Source: Octopus vulgaris (taxonomy: Eukaryota). From it: DNA of 64,000 nt. The stretch is taken from positions 45,570,001-45,634,000 of the forward strand of contig OX597817.1 in the NCBI GenBank assembly GCA_951406725.2. Direction: 5' to 3'. Within the stretch, counting starts at the first letter, position 1; each line of letters starts with the position of its first letter. Both the position numbers and the translations under genes were made by a program. The notes under the pieces were generated by a model, which worked only from the letters and a program-made list of their open reading frames with translations, was not told the DNA's origin and made no database searches. Of this stretch, positions 14,576 through 25,365 are shown piece after piece.

Positions 14576-14642
<67 letters not shown>

Positions 14643-14761
14643 GTTTGTATATATGTATATATATGTCGAATTTATCAATTCCACTACTTATTTTTTAAAG
14701 ACTAGTATTTACTCCATCGGTCTGTTTTGCCAAACCGCTCGGTTACCGGTTACCGGGACCT

Positions 14762-14942
14762 AAAGAAGAAGAAGAAGAAGAAGAAGAAGAAGAAGAAGAA
14801 GAAGAAGAAGAGAAGAAGAAGAAGAAGAAGAAGAAGAAAAGAAGACGAGAAGAAGAAGACGAAGAAGAAGAAGAAGAAGAAGAAGAAGAAGAAGAAGAAG
14901 AAGAAGAAGAAGAAGAAGAAGAAGAAGAAGAAGAAGAAGAAG
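14762..14942. repeat. (AAG)n trinucleotide array
   Basis: Seen directly. Confidence 0.97.
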
Positions 14943-15079
14943 CGACTCGTCCCTTTGTAGGATATGTAACCGCAGAAACGAAGCACTCTCACGTCTTGTG
15001 AGTGCATGAAGGTGACCCAATAGCTAAGTTCTTCCACTGGAGACTATGAAAAGTAAGACCTAAAGAGAGCATGGAAATG

Positions 15080-15625
15080 ACTTTAACATCAAGGAGTCAC
15101 CAAGAACAAGGAACATAAGTTAATGTGGGATTTTATAATCTAATGTGACTCCATAATTGATTCTCGGAGACCATATATTATTGAGTTAGAGAGCACAAAA
15201 AAAAAGAAAAAACAAGATTATAGATATTGGAATAGCTGGGAATGCACGCGTAAGTGACAAAGAACTAGAAAATGTTGCAAAGTACAAAATACTAAAAGAC
15301 TAAATTGCAAGAATGAGGACTATGAGAGTGTCTGTCATTCCAGTAGTTGTAGGAGCACTCGGAGCACTAACAACAAAATTCGAGAAATATGCCAGAAAAT
15401 TGACATTGAGAGCAGAGCAAGCCCAAAAACTGCTCTGCTGAGGACAGCTAGGATTTTGAGATTGGGAATTGAATGTTGAATGTCTTCCAGAATAATTAAC
15501 AACCAAGTATCAACACTTATAATGCGCGGAAAGTGACTCTGTGAGACCTCTGACAACAGACTCTCACAGAATCAACCAGAGCAAACACAACGGAGCGCTT
15601 TGTGAAATAAAGTAATGATAATAAT
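15080..15625 (+). mobile_element. R4/Dong-like RLE 3' fragment plus 3' UTR ending in (AAT)n
   Basis: EHKLMWDFII*CDSIIDSRRPYII..KIIDIGIAGNARVSDKELENVAKYKILKD*IARM..VSVIPVVVGALGALTTKFEKY..QKTALLRTARILRL. Confidence 0.85.
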
Positions 15626-15627
15626 AA

Positions 15628-15842
15628 TCCTTTTTACTAAAGGCACACAGTCATAACTTTCGGGTGAGGAGACTAGGCGATTGCATCGACCCCAGTGTTT
15701 TACTGGTACTTAATTTATCGACCTTAAAAGAATGAAAGGCAAAGTCGATCTCGGCTGGATTTGAATTCAGATGGTAGCGACCAGCGAAATACCGCTAAGC
15801 ATTTTCTGTATCGTGCTGACGGCTCTGCTAGCTCACCGCCTT
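15628..15842 (-). mobile_element. SINE family A head/core with alternative tail (A2), ending in (ATT)n
   Basis: Same head, B-box and central domain as family A. Tail ...TGTGCCTTTAGTAAAAAGGATTATT differs. Confidence 0.8.
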
Positions 15843-15861
15843 CACCTTAATAATAATAATA

Positions 15862-16072
15862 ATCCCTTCTACTAGGGATACAAGGCCTGAAATTTTGGTT
15901 GAGGTAATAGCCGATTACATGAACTTCAGTGTTTCACTGGTACTTAACTTAACAATCTCGAAAGGGTGAAAGGCAAAGTCGAACGGCGCGGAATTTGAAC
16001 TCAGAACGTAGCGACGACCGAAATACCATTAACAATTTTGTCCAGCGTGTTAAAGACTCTGCAACCTCCCTG
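15862..16072 (-). mobile_element. SINE family A2
   Basis: Head/core as family A. Tail AAATTTCAGGCCTTGTATCCCTAGTAGAAGGGATTATT. Confidence 0.8.
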
Positions 16073-16079
16073 CCTTGAC

Positions 16080-16083
16080 AATG

Positions 16084-16156
<73 letters not shown>

Positions 16157-16192
16157 TGATGATAATAATAATGACGACGACGACGACGACAA
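16080..16192. repeat. (AAT)n grading into (GAT)/(GAC)n
   Basis: Seen directly. Confidence 0.97.
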
Positions 16193-16193
16193 C

Positions 16194-16615
16194 AGCCAAC
16201 AGACCAGATATAGTTGTCAGAGACCATGAAGAAAAAAAAATGCTTTCTAATTGATGTATCAGTACCGGCAGATGACAACGTGTCTCTAAAAGAATTGGAG
16301 AAACTCTCAAAATACAAAGACCTGGAAATAGAGGTAACTAGAATGTGGAATCTGAAAACAGAAACAATTCCTATCATAGTAGGTGCATTAGGCATGATAA
16401 AAAAATATTCAGACAAATACATAACAAAAACACCAGGACTTACAAACACATATAACATACAGAAAATTGCACTACTAGGCACTGCACACATCCTACGCAG
16501 AACACTTTCCATACAATAACCATCAGAGCATCACAACAAATCACAGCACATACCCAAGGCACACAGAGCTGCGCTCGGTAGTGAAGTGAATGCACGCTAT
16601 AAAAATAAAAATGAA
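16194..16615 (+). mobile_element. Young 5'-truncated R4/Dong-like element: RLE domain plus 3' UTR, between (AAT)n arrays
   Basis: ANRPDIVVRDHEEKK/CFLIDVSVPADDNVSLKELEKLSKYKDLEIEVTRMWNLKTETIPIIVGALGMI...QKIALLGTAHILRRTLSIQ* (ORF 16214-16519). One frameshift in an A run. Confidence 0.92.
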
Positions 16616-16734
16616 AATAATAATAATAATAATAACAATGATAAGCAAAATAAGAAATGCAGCAACAACAACGACAACGGTAACGACAATAGCAACAATA
16701 ATAATAATATCAATGTTAATGATAATTAGAGGAG

Positions 16735-16805
16735 AAAGAAGAAGAAGAAGAAGAAGAAGAAGAAGAAGAAGAAGAAGAAGAAGAAGGAGAAGAAGAAGAA
16801 GAAGA
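16735..16805. repeat. (AAG)n array
   Basis: Seen directly. Confidence 0.95.
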
Positions 16806-17473
16806 CTAGTATTTGGATTTAAATTCAAAAGCTTTTAATTAAAATTTGCTAAAATCATACTCTTCTTGTCATTTGTGTTGATGCCATAGTATAAGAATTT
16901 TTAATAAATGAGAACGAAGACGGCGATATAATAGCAATTATATGAAAACAATAACAGTATTGCAAACATTTGATTCATCAAATTATTTAATTATTTAATC
17001 TGAATAACGTAAACAGAACGGCACGTAATCCGCCTTTGAGGTTTTTCAGTTTTTCAGTTAGGTTTCCTAGCATTACTCATAACAAAAAACAAAACTATTG
17101 TGTGCGAGATGTTAGTGGTAGTACCAGCAACAATATTAACTCTAACAATAGGAGTAAAGTCGACTAAAGTAAAATGTTAGGAGGTTGAGAAACACGAGAA
17201 ATAATGGAACGATAAAAGTTAATTTGGGTATTCATTAATATGATCTAATAATGGATGTATGGCAGGTAGAGAGGAGAAACGTTGATAAATGCAAGGCGAA
17301 ATACGCAGGAAATGTCGTAGGCAAAGTGAGTCAGTGGGAGATAATTAGAATATTAGAGAACAGAATCGCGAAGAGGCGTGTTTAAGGCCGCAACGTCCAC
17401 ATATATAGTTTAAATTGAAATAAAAGAAAGAAAAGCCATAGGATCTTATTTATCAAATCGCTATATATATACA

Positions 17474-17705
17474 TATTTCTTTATTGCCCACAAGGGGCTA
17501 AACACAGAGGGGACAAACAGGGTCAGACAAAGGGATTAAGTCGATTATATCGACCCCAGTGCGTAATTGGTACTTAATTTATCGACCCCAAAAGAATGAA
17601 AGGCAAAGTCAACCACGGTGGAATTTGAACTCAGAACGTAACGGCAGACGAAATGCTTGTAAGCATTTCGCCCGGCGTGCTAACGTTTCTGCCAGCTCGC
17701 CGCCT
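17474..17705 (-). mobile_element. SINE family A, full-length monomer with target-site duplication
   Basis: Complete head, core and tail. Flanked by TCAAATCGCTAT(A/G)TATA at 17453 and 17706. Confidence 0.92.
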
Positions 17706-19030
17706 TCAAATCGCTATGTATACAGTCAAGCACTCGAAAGCTTATATTTTTTATAGGTGTTAGTTCTTTCAAACAAAATTAAAAGAAATAATAAAAAAAG
17801 AAATCATTCCTGCCCATACATTTAGAATCTTAAAAATGCCTTACTAAATATTACTATATATGTACATCTTGCAAAGAAAACACTGTATCCTTCCAGCTAA
17901 GGAGATAAATCTTGGAAAAGTAAAATGATATGCACGAAATAAAAAAAAATGTAGTCTCTGTTCCTTGTTGAATAAACAATCTGAGTATTTTTCTTTTTGA
18001 ATAGAAATGGTAAGGTATTCAAATATTCAAATGTCAGTGACTATTCCCACATTATTAACATATCTATCGAACAAATCTTAAGGAATGGCGATTTTCATCA
18101 CAGTCAGAAAATGTGTCTTTCGTAAGTAGATATTGATCATCTACAAGACACCTGTGAAACTTGCAACAGAGTAATTTTTCCACTTCTCACATTTTTTTGC
18201 TGCTGCCCAAAGAAACCTTTTTGACGGCATTCAGAGAAGAGTTTGTATAACATCACACACAAGCGTAGAACACACACCAAATCCATCAACGACAGCCTCT
18301 CTTATTTGAAACAAGACGAACATTGCATTTATACTTATTACTGCTTAGAGCTCTCGTTCCGTAATCTCTTATGAGATTTTCACGGGTCCTAAAAAGGTTT
18401 CAGCACTTCCACTTAATTCTTATGCCCCCCACTCACCTCCTAATCCGTTTGGTATCGAACAGCAAAGCCTTAATGAATAGGTACACGGACTTATAATTCA
18501 GAAACTGCTTCTAGGAGTTTTGTCGTAGCTCATGTTATTTAAGCAAAATATGACTTGGTAGAATTTGAGGAGAAAGTTTAAATAACTGAATGGTTAAAAT
18601 TTATATTATTTTATTCTCACCGTGGTAACACTGGCGAGGTTATAATGCCAGTCCAGAAACCGGTTCCCGCGAGTAGAAATACTAAAAAATATATAGCAGG
18701 ATGCTATATTGGTATGTTTAAGGATTTACTAAATCCATATGCTCACAGACAGTTGATTTCTGTAGTTAGTGTCAGTTTTGCATTTTTTACAGCGGTTTAA
18801 ATAAGAGTTCTGACTGTAATTTTCAACAGGTAGACATACTTAGTATGTACTTTCATTAATATAAATGTTAATCCTTTAGCTATTTAGTGCTATTTTTGGT
18901 GAGGCCTGCAATCACCTATATTATTAATTCTGTTATTATCAATTTAGTTATTTGATCCTAGAGTTAATGGTATCTTGGCAAATATTTTCTCCTGAATTGT
19001 TTGCTCCGTATTATTTGCATCGCATTTTCA

Positions 19031-19150
19031 TATGGTTGTGATGCATGTGCCTGGTATACCCTTATCAGGCGGGGAGTCATGATGGGTATACTGGGCTTCG
19101 AAATACTTACCCCAGTGTCACTTTGATGGCATGCACTGCTCTCTCACTCA
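19031..19150 (+). mobile_element. Retroelement 3' end terminating in (AAT)n (probably an R4-like 3' UTR)
   Basis: Homologous to the reverse complement of 47223-47340. Both copies end in AAT repeats. Confidence 0.6.
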
Positions 19151-19197
19151 ATAATAATAATAATGATAATAATAACGTTCATAATATATATGTGTGG

Positions 19198-19252
<55 letters not shown>

Positions 19253-19754
19253 CATATATACACATCATGTGTTATTTGTTTCTGTCTAGTTGACTGTGGT
19301 TAAGATGATGTACCGCCTTGAAGAGTTCAGCCGAAAAAATTGACCCCTGATCGGTGCCTCTTTCAACCCAAAACGTTTTCTTTCGTTTTGCCAAACCACT
19401 ACGTTACTGCAACGTAAATAAAACGAGTGTGATTGCCTGAGAGTGATGGGTGGCAGACGAAAGTACGAAGCTTTGTCGGCCCGGAACTATAGTAGAAGTC
19501 ATTTTGGCCAGGGTGACACGCAGTGAGATCGAATCCAAATCAGTGTAGTCTTATTATAGAAAAAAATGTAACCAAACTAAAATTAAAGGAAAGTGTAAAG
19601 TTGAAACTGAAATGTCGAAGTAGTAATTCTGCAATTCGTAAAATGGAAAATGGAAAAAGAAGATAAGAATAAATTCAGCGAAAAGCGTGCTAATGTGGAA
19701 CCACGCGCAAAACCGAGTGCTGTGGAAACAGAAGTGTGTTTGTACACATGCACA

Positions 19755-19915
19755 CATATACACAAACACACACACAGAATTACGAGCACGTGCATGCATA
19801 CACACAAAGTAACATGCACACGTACATACACACATGCATATATATCTATATCTGACTAGCTATCTATCTATGTCTCTATCTGTATATACATGTGTGTGTA
19901 TGTTTGTGTGTATTA

Positions 19916-19965
<50 letters not shown>

Positions 19966-20148
19966 GTGTATGCATGTATCGATGAATATATACACATACA
20001 CACAAGCAAACACAAAGAATCACGCGCACGTGCATGCCCACAAAAAGAAGCATGCATACGCACATACACACACATGCATATATCTATATCTGACTAGCTA
20101 TCTATCTGTGTCTCTATCTATATGTGTGTATATATATGTCTGTGTTTT

Positions 20149-20198
<50 letters not shown>

Positions 20199-20235
20199 CA
20201 TCTGTATGTATGTTTGTATGCATACGTCGATGTAT
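19755..20235. repeat. Tandem duplication of a ~238-bp microsatellite-rich unit
   Basis: CACATGCATATATCTATATCTGACTAGCTATCTATCT recurs at ~19830 and ~20070 with matching flanks. Confidence 0.8.
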
Positions 20236-20251
20236 AGATATCCATACAGAT

Positions 20252-20311
<60 letters not shown>

Positions 20312-20943
20312 AGAAGAAATAAAACAAAATGAGACATGAAATGTTAGCTGATCAAACGTCATTCAAAATGGACCCTCTGCCCATCTCTCTTACCATTAAT
20401 CATTTCAGATTTTTCGCTTTCATTCAATCTCTGGAACTCTTTTTATTTCTTCCTTTGAAGTGGTGATATTACTGATATCTCTATCTCGAGTAAGATGTAA
20501 CACACAGAACATCAACAAAATCACATGCGCACACACGAATATTAACGCCTACATATACACACGCGTAAGGTAGCAAACTTGTACAAGAATATGCACATGT
20601 ATAATTGCGAATGCTAATAACAGTATAGGAAGAATAAATATGAACAGATACAATTTATAACACTTTTATCTGTATACATGCGAGTATGTATATAATGCAC
20701 AAACACACATACTCATATACACACATATACAAGCACACACATACATATGTATGTATGCGCATATAAATATGTTTGCACATATATAGTAATAATAAGATTA
20801 AAACGTTGTCAGTTTTAAGGAAAATATATTTTTCGTGCACAGAATTCTGCACTGAGGTCCATAAAAATTAAAACGTTCCAGTTGTAGCTCCTGTATGTAC
20901 GTATATATATATATATTATATTGTTAAACGAGATTATATATAA

Positions 20944-21007
<64 letters not shown>

Positions 21008-21141
21008 TTAAAACAAAGAGATTATTGAAAATATAAAGCATAGAGAGAATGCAGAATCGTAGATTCTTCTGTTATTTGTCAGGGAAGATTCTAGTAAAGT
21101 CTTTCATAGTGTTGTCGAAATAAAAGAAAGACTATATAGTT

Positions 21142-21337
21142 ATAGGGAAATTTTACGAAAAAAAACAACAAAAGACGAAGACAGGTGGTGTACAAAACAA
21201 ACAGATGTATTAGTATAATGCAAAGGAATAGAAAAAGTATTTTACTTTTCGAGCCTACGCTCTTCTACAGAAAGAGACACAAAAAAAACAATGAGAGAAA
21301 AAAAATGTGTGTAGTGGCCTAAAGATCTATCATGGCG
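21142..21337 (-). mobile_element. Family H repeat, copy 3
   Basis: Reverse complement contains CTCTTT-CTGTAGA-A-GAGC-GTAG-GCTC-GAAAAGTA-AAATAC. Confidence 0.8.
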
Positions 21338-21371
21338 TCTGACTCGGACAAAATGGTTATATAGTTATAGG

Positions 21372-22080
21372 TAGAGACGCAATGGCCTAGTGGTTAGGGC
21401 AGCGGACACGTAGTCGGAGGATCGCGGTTTCGATTCCCAGACCTGGTGTTGTGTGTGTTTATTAAGCGGAAACACCTAAAGCTCCACGAGGCTCCGGCAG
21501 GGGGTGGGTAATAAGGAAACTGGTGTGGAGGCGTGTGGCTTAGTGGTTAGGGTGTCAGCATCATGATCGCAAGAATGTGGTTTCGATTCCTGGACCGGGC
21601 GATCGTTGTGTTCTTGATAAAAACACTTACTTTCATGTTGCTCCAGTCCACTCACCTGGCAAAAATGAGTAACGCTGCGATGGACTGGCGTCCCGTTTAC
21701 CTGGGGAACACATACGCCTTTGAAACCTGAAAACCGGGCCCATGAGCCTGGCTAGGCTTTAAAAGGGCGAAGATGGAGGCGCAATGGCCTAGTGGTTAGG
21801 GCAGCGGACTCGTGGTCGGAGGATCGCGGTTTCGATTCCCAGACCGGTCTTTGTGTGTGTTTATTGAGTGAAAACACCTATAGCACCACGAGGCTCCGGC
21901 AGTTCGGTGGTGGCGACCCCTGTTGTTCTCTTTCGCCCCAACGTTCTCTCACTCTTTCTTCCTGTTTCTTGAGTAACGCTGCGATGGACTAGCGTCCCGT
22001 TCACATGGGGGGGGGGCATACTCCATAGAAACCGGGAAACCGGGCCCATGACACTGGCTAGGCTTGGAAAGGGCGCAAAA
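21372..22080 (+). mobile_element. Head-to-tail SINE trimer (family C fragment, family D/C chimera, family C)
   Basis: Three tRNA-like heads (TGGCCTAGTGGTTAGGG...GGTTTCGATTCC) at ~21372, 21525 and 21774. The whole block is flanked by TATATAGTTATAGG. Confidence 0.88.
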
Positions 22081-23030
22081 ATATATATATAGTTATAGGA
22101 ATCCTTGGCACTCACATTTTCTGTATCCTGATTTTAGTAACACACAACTCCAGTTTTTCGGTGTCTGCTCTATTGCCTAACCAAAATTAAATATTTCATA
22201 TGACGTTTTAACTCTGAATTCTTCTTATTGCCGGACATCTGAAAACTGACGGCTTGTATACGAGAAGCATTGCATATTTTATTTTCATTCTCATCCCTTA
22301 TCTTTCTATACTTTCTATTTCTTCTCTTGCAGTATATGCACAAATGCTTACATAAGGTGGAGCATCTTATATTTCTGCTACCGCTTATGTGTTTTGGGGA
22401 AAATGGTGTATGAACATTTTTCTGAACTCGATGATATCTTTTTTAAAGATTGTAAAAATGTTATCATCTACATCTCATATGAATTGTCTTTTTTTATTCA
22501 CATTTTCTATTTTCCACGCGTTTAATCGTTTTACTTTCACTTTCGCTTCTTGTGAGATTTTACTTTGTGTGTATTTTTGATTGCTTTTCCTGGCAACGTT
22601 TGGAGTGCACATTTCTATGGTAGTATTTTGCTTCCTTTACAGATGTCTCTATTTCTGTTGTTACAATGGAGTGTTTTCTAGAGGTTTTTCGCAATTACGT
22701 ACCTTATTTTTTATGTCGTTGTGGTAAGAAAGACAATATCCAGCTAATGCAATATCAAATATGGAATCAAGGTGATGCTATACAACACACATTCTTTCTA
22801 CCAAACTCTATACCTCCAAATTATATGCACTAAAACACAACCATGATTACCATTTGCCACAATTGTTTAAAATGCTGTTATTAGTCTATTAAGAGATACT
22901 AGGAGATAAATCGTAACGATACCCTCTGTTTAATCAATAGCAACCAGTGCTTATAGAAAGTTGGTGGTGAGGGCCCCGTAAAAGGAGAGGGACATTAACC
23001 ACGAGATACCTGAGAGAGATAACATATATG

Positions 23031-23072
<42 letters not shown>

Positions 23073-23076
<4 letters not shown>

Positions 23077-23649
23077 AGCCCTTAATTGTATAACTACATG
23101 AATAATATTTTTCTATATGAATAATATTTTTGTCTTATGACTAATTCGTCTTTTGTGCTGGGCACCTGGTAGTAAATAATATTACTACCCTTCTTGTTTA
23201 TATTCGCATATTACATGATGGATTTATTCGTAAAATTCTTCCCGGCATGCCCTATACTGCCGTGTAAGTTTTGCGTCTGCGCAGAGATTTGAAAAGTTAA
23301 GATCTGCTAGTAGTCGAGATCAACACATGGTCCCACATCGCTGCAGACCTCGATTCAATTTAGGCGACTCGCTGACGAAGCTAGCCTTAGCAAACATATT
23401 CTGTGTTTTGCTAGAAAGAAGCAGAAACCGCGGTTCGAGTTGTTAAAGTTATCGGTAAACGTTTTGGATTTTCACTCTCGATAAATTCATCCCCTTTTTG
23501 TGTTCCCAGCACTCGGCATCTTAATTTAGGAGCCCTTAATTGTATAACTACATGAATAATATTTTTCTATATGAATAATATTTTTGTCTTATGACTAATT
23601 CGTCTTTTGTGCTGGGCACCTGGTAGTAAATAATATTACTACCCTTCTT

Positions 23650-23657
<8 letters not shown>
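23073..23657 (+). mobile_element. Non-coding 454-bp-unit element with identical 131-bp terminal direct repeats, inserted in (TA)n; retrozyme/PLE-pLTR-like
   Basis: 23073-23203 is identical to 23527-23657. (TA)n lies on both sides. No ORF. Internal hammerhead. Confidence 0.8.
23359..23447 (+). ncRNA. Type I hammerhead ribozyme (predicted intact core)
   Basis: Stem I GGCGACTCG/CGAGTTGTT; core CTGACGA (23372-23378); long stem II (GCT..TAGCAAAC..GTTTTGCTA..AGC); GAAAC (23424-23428); palindromic CGCG loop; GUU triplet at 23433-23435. Confidence 0.75.
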
Positions 23658-23686
<29 letters not shown>

Positions 23687-23789
23687 TACATACATACATA
23701 CATATGTTTCCTTATTTCGAACTCGGAATCTTGGGTTTAATAGCCCACGCTCTTAACCACTATAGATGGATAGATAGTTAGACATATTA

Positions 23790-23915
23790 AAATTTACGCC
23801 CGTTTTCAATGCTGGCACGGGTTGCACAGGATTTGGAAAGTGAGAAGTATCCGGAAAGCACCTCTAACTGCACTGGTAAGGTTTGTACGCCTGAATACCC
23901 TTCCTAACGGCAAAC
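23790..23915 (-). mobile_element. Decayed copy of SINE/RTE-related family E
   Basis: CCGTTTTCAATGCTGGCACGGGTTG...TACCCTTCCTAACGGCAAAC, homologous to 62700-62970. Confidence 0.55.
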
Positions 23916-24166
23916 ACTGGATGCTTCTAAATCTTTGTAGCAGCAGTTAGCTCCCCAAATAACTTTAGCAGTTAGCTCCCCAAATAAGACAAGAACCTGG
24001 ATAAATCGCATTGAGAAATTTGGTTTTGTGCCAGACGTGAAGTTAGAGCACGAATGAAGGACAGAATTAGGCGCATTGTGGCTACCTTTGTCGGAGAGAG
24101 AGATAGAAGAAGAGAAGGATGTTGAAAATATGACGTGGGTGGGGCACACAAGTCACAAACACACAC

Positions 24167-24215
<49 letters not shown>

Positions 24216-24765
24216 CATCCTGGGGAATTATATATATATATATATACATCCTGGGGAATTATAATTCAAGTGGGTGGCATAGGATATCCTATAACAAATT
24301 TCTTCCTCGCATTGCTTAGTGAAGTGTGCTATTTAGCACATTAATTATTTCATCTTTGTCTCCCGCATCATTGCATATCTAGGCGTCTATATGCGTGTGG
24401 GAGTGAGACCGCTGGATTTCGTAGTGGTTGACACTTGACCTCCGTGTTGATAAATTAATGGGTCGCCATCATATTCTACAAATCTGCAAAAACTATGTCT
24501 GTATTTTCTGACGTGTAAAGTAATAATTACAAATACATAAACCAGACATATGATTTATGCTGCTTCTGGAGACATAAACCGATATTAACTGTTGAATTAT
24601 TCTCTTATTATACATGTATCCTTTCTTCTGTTCCTCATTATATATATTGACTAGTGGAATTATATTTTTCCTATATCTTATTTTCTCTTTGTTGAGTTTT
24701 ACTTGTGATATGCATATGACTTTATATAAATACACCTACTGGTTGTAGGTATAAATTCATGAGTA

Positions 24766-25365
24766 GGGCGGCGAGCTGGCAGAAACGTTAGCACGCCGGG
24801 CGTATTGTCTAGCGGTATTTCTTCTGCAGCTACGTTCTCAGTTCAAATTCCGCCGAGGTCGACTTTGCTTTTCATCCTTTCGGGGTCGATTAAATGAGTA
24901 CCAGTTACGCACTGGGGTCTATATAATCGACTTAATCCGTCTGTCTGTCCTTGTTTGTCCTCTCTGTGTTTAGCCCCTTGTGGGTAATAAAAAATAGGTA
25001 TTTCGTCTGCCGTTATGTTCTGAGTTCAAATTCCGCCGAGGTCGACTTTGCCTTTCATCCTTTCGGGGTCGACAAATAAAGTACCAGTTACGCACTGGGG
25101 TCTATATAATCGACTTAATCCGTTTGTCTGTCCTTGTTTGTCCCTTCTGTGTTTAGCCCCCTGTGGGTAATAAAGAAATAGGTATTTCATCTGCCGTTAC
25201 GTTCTGAGTTCAAATTCCGCCGAGGTCGACTTTGCCTTTCATCCTTTCGGGGTCGACAAATAAAGTACCAGTTACGCACTGGGGTCTATAAAATCGACTT
25301 AATCCCTTTATCTGACCTTGTTTGTCCTCTCTATGTTTATGCCCTTGTGGATAGTAAAAAAAATG
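24766..25365 (+). mobile_element. SINE family A internal trimer with ~40-bp target-site duplication
   Basis: One head followed by three ~182-bp units joined at AAATA|GGTATTTC. Flanks 24723-24762 and 25366-25405 are near-identical. Confidence 0.92.

Noticed and set aside
18615-18675. CTGGCGA...GAAACCGGTT hammerhead-like words
   Set aside because: Stem I is not in register with the core.
21372-21850. tRNA genes
   Set aside because: A/B boxes are present, but there is no proper cloverleaf or acceptor stem and the heads continue into SINE bodies.
24810-25365. CRISPR-like array
   Set aside because: Contiguous ~182-bp SINE units with no unique spacers, in eukaryotic context.
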